Origin: a virus
Taxonomy: Duplodnaviria > Caudoviricetes
Virus record (IMG/VR): IMGVR_UViG_3300050131_000113
Coordinates: 1 to 58,171 of that record
Direction: 5' to 3' (one strand)
DNA length: 58,171 nucleotides
Below the pieces are notes generated by a model, which was not told where the DNA came from, did no database searches, and saw only the letters and a program-made list of their open reading frames with translations. Of this stretch, positions 53,751-58,171 are shown one piece after another; position 1 is the stretch's first letter, and each line of letters starts with the position of its first letter. The translations under genes and the position numbers were made by a program.

Positions 53751-55279
53751 ATCCGCTCCCGGTTTAGTTTCGGCGAGGCCAGCTTGAACGCTTCGTTCAT
53801 GGTCATTTCGGTCATGCCGCGGAGCGGCTCGACCGTATCGGCGGCGATGCCTTTGATCATGCGGTCCAGCAGCTGGCCGATGAGCCCGAGCGCGTCGACC
53901 TGGTCGTCATGCTTGCCGGCGGGAAAACTCAATAACTCGCTGCGCAGCTCTGGATACCAAGGCGCGTTGAACGGCGCATACAAACCTTCGAGCGCCATTC
54001 GGCCCCGGATCGATTGCGCCCGGATCGATTTATCACCTCGTGTCGGAAACGCTTCACGATAGCAATAGGCCTGGCGCTCGCGCTGCCTCCGATCGAGATA
54101 GGGACCGATGCCGGCGCGGATCTGGCCCTGCTCTTCGGCCCACGCAAGAGGTTTCCATTGTTTGACGAGATCGCAGAACGCTTCAACCCAGACATCCGAC
54201 GCCGCCTGGCCGCGCCAGAGGTCGAGAAGATACATCCGGCCGATCGGATCGAGCCCGACTACGATATGGACGGTATAATCGCCCCCATTGGCCGTGACGG
54301 CATAGTCGGAGGCACCATAGATACGCAGGGTTTCGCGCGGAGGCACCGTTTCGTATGGCATGAGCCATTGGATCTTGAAGTAATCGCCCTGCTCAGGTGC
54401 CGGCCGCTGCTGATAAAGCGCCGACCAGGTGCGCGCGGGCGTATTTGTCGAAAGATCGCGCAACTGTTGGCCATAACCATAGGCATCGTCGTTCCACAGC
54501 GGCTCGCCGAGTTCGCGGCCTAGCGGATCATTGGCCTCGGCAAGCGCCGGCAACGAAAGAACCTTCCATTTCTTGTGCTGTAAAGCGCGCCCCGCCAGAT
54601 CATCCTCATGCCAGCGCGTCTGGATTAGAATCTCCGCAGCACCAGGGACAAGCCGCGTGCGGAAATCGTTGATATACCAGTCCCAGATGCGGTCGCGGAT
54701 CAATTCGCTGTCGGCATCCTGCCGTGAGCGGATCGGATCATCAATTAGCCCAAGCCGGGCCCGGAAGCCGGCAATGCCCGTTCCGACGCCGGCGGCAGAA
54801 TATTCTACCCCGTTCGTGAGTGACCATCGTTCCGCCGCCTGGCTATCTCCGGCGAGCGAGATACGAAGGACGTCGGAATGTTCGACGATCAGGTTACGGA
54901 CCTGGCGGCCCCATCTTCGCGCGAGATCGGTCGTATGCGAAGCGGCCAGAATGTTCCAGTTGCAGCTTGCAAGCAGCCAAGGTGGAAACAGGACGCTGGC
55001 ATATTTCGATTTGGCAGAGCCGGGCGGCATGAAGATCGCAAGATTGGTCGTCTCGCCGTGTGCTACTTTTTCGAGTTCGGCAATCAACAGCCGATGGTGG
55101 GCGGCGGGCCTGTAACCGCAGAGGGCGCACCAGCTTGTGAGGCTGCCCTTCAGCGACCGGTATTCCCGCTCGGATTCGGTTAGCTGACGGCGATACTCCC
55201 GCTCCGCCTTGATTTCCTCAAGCGGCGGCAGCGTCTCCGGCAGCGCGTACAATGATTTCGAGAGAGGCGAGATGTTCAT
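53747..55279 (-). CDS. terL: terminase large subunit
   Basis: MPPGSAKS, LIDDP, QTRWHEDDL.G, LYQQRP, HDDQVDA. Confidence 0.95.
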   Translation of the reverse strand: MNISPLSKSLYALPETLPPLEEIKAEREYRRQLTESEREYRSLKGSLTSWCALCGYRPAAHHRLLIAELEKVAHGETTNLAIFMPPGSAKSKYASVLFPPWLLASCNWNILAASHTTDLARRWGRQVRNLIVEHSDVLRISLAGDSQAAERWSLTNGVEYSAAGVGTGIAGFRARLGLIDDPIRSRQDADSELIRDRIWDWYINDFRTRLVPGAAEILIQTRWHEDDLAGRALQHKKWKVLSLPALAEANDPLGRELGEPLWNDDAYGYGQQLRDLSTNTPARTWSALYQQRPAPEQGDYFKIQWLMPYETVPPRETLRIYGASDYAVTANGGDYTVHIVVGLDPIGRMYLLDLWRGQAASDVWVEAFCDLVKQWKPLAWAEEQGQIRAGIGPYLDRRQRERQAYCYREAFPTRGDKSIRAQSIRGRMALEGLYAPFNAPWYPELRSELLSFPAGKHDDQVDALGLIGQLLDRMIKGIAADTVEPLRGMTEMTMNEAFKLASPKLNRERI

Positions 55280-55805
55280 CGGACAACTTTGAAAGATCCA
55301 ATAAGGGAGCCCCGCCTTTACCCGTCACTTCGGCTTTACTCGGCGCCTTGAATCCGTGCATGTCGCGGAGCTGCGCCAAGGCCTGCAGCGCGTTGTCTCG
55401 GTCGAAGTCGGTCAGGCGCCCGGTGTCCTTGTCGAACTTGAAGCCGGAAATGATCGCGCTGTAGGGCGAGACCGCGACCTTGTTCCAATCAATATCGGGA
55501 TCGCCTGTCGCGGCGATGGTCGAAAAATCGAAGATATTCCCGAAAGCCGCCAGCGCCAGCCTCTCTTCGATCCGGGCGCGCTTGGCCGCGATCATCGCGT
55601 CGTCCTGGCCCAGCGAGCGGAAATAGGCGATCTGCGCCTGTACCGATTTGTCGGCCTCCCATTTGGTGGCAAGCCCGTTTTCGACCTTGCCGCCAGCCCT
55701 TCGGCAGGCTTCCGCCGGCGGAATCCCCAGGGAACGCTCGAACGCGAACGTTTTCTTCTGCGCACTGATCTTGCGCGGGGGCTGCACGGCGAGCGAGGCG
55801 GACAT
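55218..55805 (-). CDS. terS: terminase small subunit
   Basis: N-terminal HTH, EVTGKGGAP, LS.E.L; upstream of TerL. Confidence 0.75.
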   Translation of the reverse strand: MSASLAVQPPRKISAQKKTFAFERSLGIPPAEACRRAGGKVENGLATKWEADKSVQAQIAYFRSLGQDDAMIAAKRARIEERLALAAFGNIFDFSTIAATGDPDIDWNKVAVSPYSAIISGFKFDKDTGRLTDFDRDNALQALAQLRDMHGFKAPSKAEVTGKGGAPLLDLSKLSDEHLASLEIIVRAAGDAAAA

Positions 55806-55846
55806 CAAGGATTCCAAAAGATTCCGGGCTGACTCAGTTTTGCCTG

Positions 55847-55887
55847 AAAAAGGGGCCGCCCTCGGTAGCAAAACCGCAAGGCGGCCC
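55847..55887 (-). terminator. late-leader terminator 2
   Basis: GGGCCGCC...GGCGGCCC followed by CTTTTT. Confidence 0.7.
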
Positions 55888-55943
55888 AAGTCTAGGGGGG
55901 CAGCGATGGCGCGAGCATGCGCCAGCACTAACCTATGGATAGC

Positions 55944-55974
55944 AAAAAGCCCCGCGCGTTGCCGCCGGGGCTTT
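55944..55974 (-). terminator. late-leader terminator 1
   Basis: AAAGCCCCG...CGGGGCTTTTT. Confidence 0.75.
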
Positions 55975-56041
55975 GGTCGGCTGAGGGAATTACCTTCCAT
56001 GCTACGCCAAAAGCGTGACCCCCGAAGGGTGTCTCGCCTGG

Positions 56042-56728
56042 TCAGGATTCGGATGGTGGAATGTCCTCTTTTGCCGCCACAACGCGGCTGATTCTTCCGA
56101 ACGCCTCAACGAATAGAATTGTCTGCTGAGTCGTGTCAAGTATCGTATGGGTGACGGAAGTGGATATGCCCCGCTCTTCGGCGGCTTTGGTCGGTTTGAT
56201 GACGGCGAGCCGCAGTTGTTTGGCGGTCACGCTGGCATCGCAGCGGTCGAATTTGCCGTCATATTCGGCCAGCCGCAGCATCTCGATCTCATAGTCATGA
56301 ATGACGGCGAAGCTTTCGCCGACCAGGCAAACCCCGCACATGCCGTTGAGGTCGAACAGCCGAACCAATGAATAGGACCCGAACAGCCTTCGCAGGAAGA
56401 TGTAATCGGCGTAGGGCGTGCGAACGTCCTCACGTAGGACGACTTGCTTTTGGTTGCGCTTTTTCGGTCCAACATAGCGATCCGGCATCCGCGACAGGTG
56501 GCGGCCCTGCGGGAACCAGACCTCGAAGCCCTCCCGCATCAGGGCGATTTTTGCTGGAGCATGCGATTTGGGCTTTACCCGGGCGATCCACCAAGGGTCG
56601 AAACAGTGCAGTTCTGAAGGGTCGGGTGACGAGCCGCTGGCGCGTTGATGGCGCCGGACGTCGATATTGGCCAGTGCCGCCATGACATCGGGCGAGAATG
56701 CGTCCTTCAAATCCTTCAATGCCTGCAT
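56042..56728 (-). CDS. NusG/RfaH-like antiterminator
   Basis: WWIARVKP...L...GFEVWFP...P..DYIF NGN domain; FGR near the C-terminus; occupies the Q position. Confidence 0.7.
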   Translation of the reverse strand: MQALKDLKDAFSPDVMAALANIDVRRHQRASGSSPDPSELHCFDPWWIARVKPKSHAPAKIALMREGFEVWFPQGRHLSRMPDRYVGPKKRNQKQVVLREDVRTPYADYIFLRRLFGSYSLVRLFDLNGMCGVCLVGESFAVIHDYEIEMLRLAEYDGKFDRCDASVTAKQLRLAVIKPTKAAEERGISTSVTHTILDTTQQTILFVEAFGRISRVVAAKEDIPPSES

Positions 56729-56747
56729 CGTCTGCCCTCTTTCCCGT

Positions 56748-57878
56748 TCACTTGAAATCCGCCAGTTCCGCTTCGGAAAGTTCGGCTGGAGGGGGACCGG
56801 TTGGGTAGATTTTGCCTTCGACGGAGGGCGGCCATGGCCACGGGGCGCGGTCACCTTCGGCTAGATGCTTTCGGACCTGGACGGTGACGGTTTCGCGGAG
56901 GAAACCTTCCCATGCCGCGGCTTGCTGCCGGTTGAGGGTTTCCCATTCGGACGGTTGCGGCGATTGAGCCAGCGCGAGCAGCCGAGGCGTCATCGGCGGG
57001 CGATAGCGCACGGTTCCATCGGTACCGCGGAGGATTACCCGGAAGGCCTCGCCAGCGCCGGCGACGTCGTAGGCGATGGCGATGGCGATGGCTTCCGGAC
57101 TGCCCTTGGCGTAGGCCACCGAAACCGCCGGTTCCTTGGCCTGGTCGAGCAGCGTCCAGCGCTTTTCCTCGAGGTAGCGCCACCCGGCGGGAACGTTTTT
57201 GCGCCCAAGTCGTTTGAGATTTTCCAGAAACGGCCCGATTCCGGCGATGGCGGCTGTTTCCTCGTCCTCGGAAAGCGCGCCAGCGGCATAGGCCGTTCGC
57301 TGGCGATCGTCGGCGGCGGCTGTTGGCCACCTGGCTTCGAAGGTTACGAGGAATCTTGCTTGCCGATCTCGCGCGCGCGCATCTCTCTCACGTTCAAGGT
57401 GGGGACGTTCTAAGGGGACGTTCTTGGTGCCATCGTATGGAATGGCACCCGTGCCAACCCCAGGGGTTGGCACGGGGGTGCCAACCTGTTGGCACCCCCC
57501 CTCATCAGATGTGGTTTCTGCATAGCTTTCGCCGTCGTCGGTTTCAGCTCCTTCGGCGACCGCTTCGAAGGCAAAATCGTCACGGTCAAGCAATACCCGA
57601 TACGCATGGGAGCGCGAGGGTCGCTTGCCGGCTTCCTCGACCTCGACGTCGCGGCGCTTCTTTTCCACCCATCCGGCGACGTAAAGCCGTTCCAGCGAGT
57701 TTTGCAGGGATGCGCGGGAACAGTCGATTTCCTGGGCCATCTTGACCTGGCTGCGGAAACACCATCCGGCTTTGTCGGTATGGCGGCCGAGCAGGCAGAG
57801 CACCTGAAGGTCGCGCGGCTCGAGCGAGCGGTCGGTGACGGCGCCGGCGGGGATGATGGAAAAGCGGGGATGGCTCAA
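56748..57878 (-). CDS. replication initiator (N-terminal HTH)
   Basis: FSIIP..A..D..L...D..VL..L, CFRSQ..MA. Confidence 0.75.
   Translation of the reverse strand: MSHPRFSIIPAGAVTDRSLEPRDLQVLCLLGRHTDKAGWCFRSQVKMAQEIDCSRASLQNSLERLYVAGWVEKKRRDVEVEEAGKRPSRSHAYRVLLDRDDFAFEAVAEGAETDDGESYAETTSDEGGCQQVGTPVPTPGVGTGAIPYDGTKNVPLERPHLERERDARARDRQARFLVTFEARWPTAAADDRQRTAYAAGALSEDEETAAIAGIGPFLENLKRLGRKNVPAGWRYLEEKRWTLLDQAKEPAVSVAYAKGSPEAIAIAIAYDVAGAGEAFRVILRGTDGTVRYRPPMTPRLLALAQSPQPSEWETLNRQQAAAWEGFLRETVTVQVRKHLAEGDRAPWPWPPSVEGKIYPTGPPPAELSEAELADFK
57426..57500. repeat. iteron-like palindromes, putative origin
   Basis: Three tandem GTGCCA...TGGCAC inverted repeats within rep. Confidence 0.65.
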
Positions 57879-58072
57879 TTAGGTCTCCGGCCGTGCTGGC
57901 ACTTTTCGTTGATCTGGCAGCGTCTGATCGCGCAGATGACGGTGTCCGGGTTCCGGCAGGGTTTTTCGGAATGAGGGCCAAACCGGCGGCGAAGGATTTC
58001 CATCTCTGTGTCCTTGGCGGGGTCGTAATAGGTGGCGAGGTGCGGGCTCATATGGTGTTGCTTTTGGTTCAC
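57875..58072 (-). CDS. hypothetical protein
   Basis: Overlaps the rep start; own start uncertain. Confidence 0.4.
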   Translation of the reverse strand: MNQKQHHMSPHLATYYDPAKDTEMEILRRRFGPHSEKPCRNPDTVICAIRRCQINEKCQHGRRPN

Positions 58073-58117
58073 TCGGACAGAAGGGATGCTGCGGTCACTG
58101 GTCGATCACCCGGGCGG
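58062..58117 (+). repeat. degenerate dispersed element arm
   Basis: TTTTGGTTCACTC-N27-TCGATCACC. Confidence 0.45.
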
Positions 58118-58171
58118 TGGGGGGGGGGGGGTGGGAGTAGCGGGCGGCGCGGGGAGTGAAATAATTTGTGG

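Noticed and set aside
1622-58117. Dispersed repeat as CRISPR repeat-spacer units (32-35 nt variable core)
   Set aside because: Copies are not tandem, the cores are related to each other, and no cas genes are present
58119-58131. G13 tract as a phase-variation switch or G-quadruplex
   Set aside because: Intergenic, near the contig end, and could be a sequencing artefact

Overview
The window appears to be a complete, probably circularly permuted ~58 kb podovirus-type (P22-like short tail) temperate phage genome. The host is likely an alphaproteobacterium of the Hyphomicrobiales/Bradyrhizobium type, inferred from the DUF3309 gene, an Omp25/RopB-like gene and a parS motif. Layout: a leftward early operon (cro, CII-like, MT-A70 methyltransferase, DUF5131) that seems to wrap across the window ends into rep and a NusG-like gene; a cI/cro switch with palindromic operators; a rightward early operon (Erf, YqaJ exonuclease, many small genes, Xis); an attP-like site with no integrase anywhere; a block of small cassette-like genes; and a leftward late operon (terminase, portal, scaffold, capsid, neck, ejection proteins, tail, lysis). 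Most notable: (1) seven consecutive tail-region genes carry Sec or Tat signal peptides; (2) a dispersed ~55-60 bp repeat (about 11 copies) sits at gene boundaries, often as inward-facing pairs, and one pair encloses a Tad1-like anti-defence gene; (3) a glycosyltransferase-Maf-methyltransferase fusion lies inside the head module; (4) attP without integrase, together with a host-type parS. All family calls come from motif recognition by eye; no database search was run.
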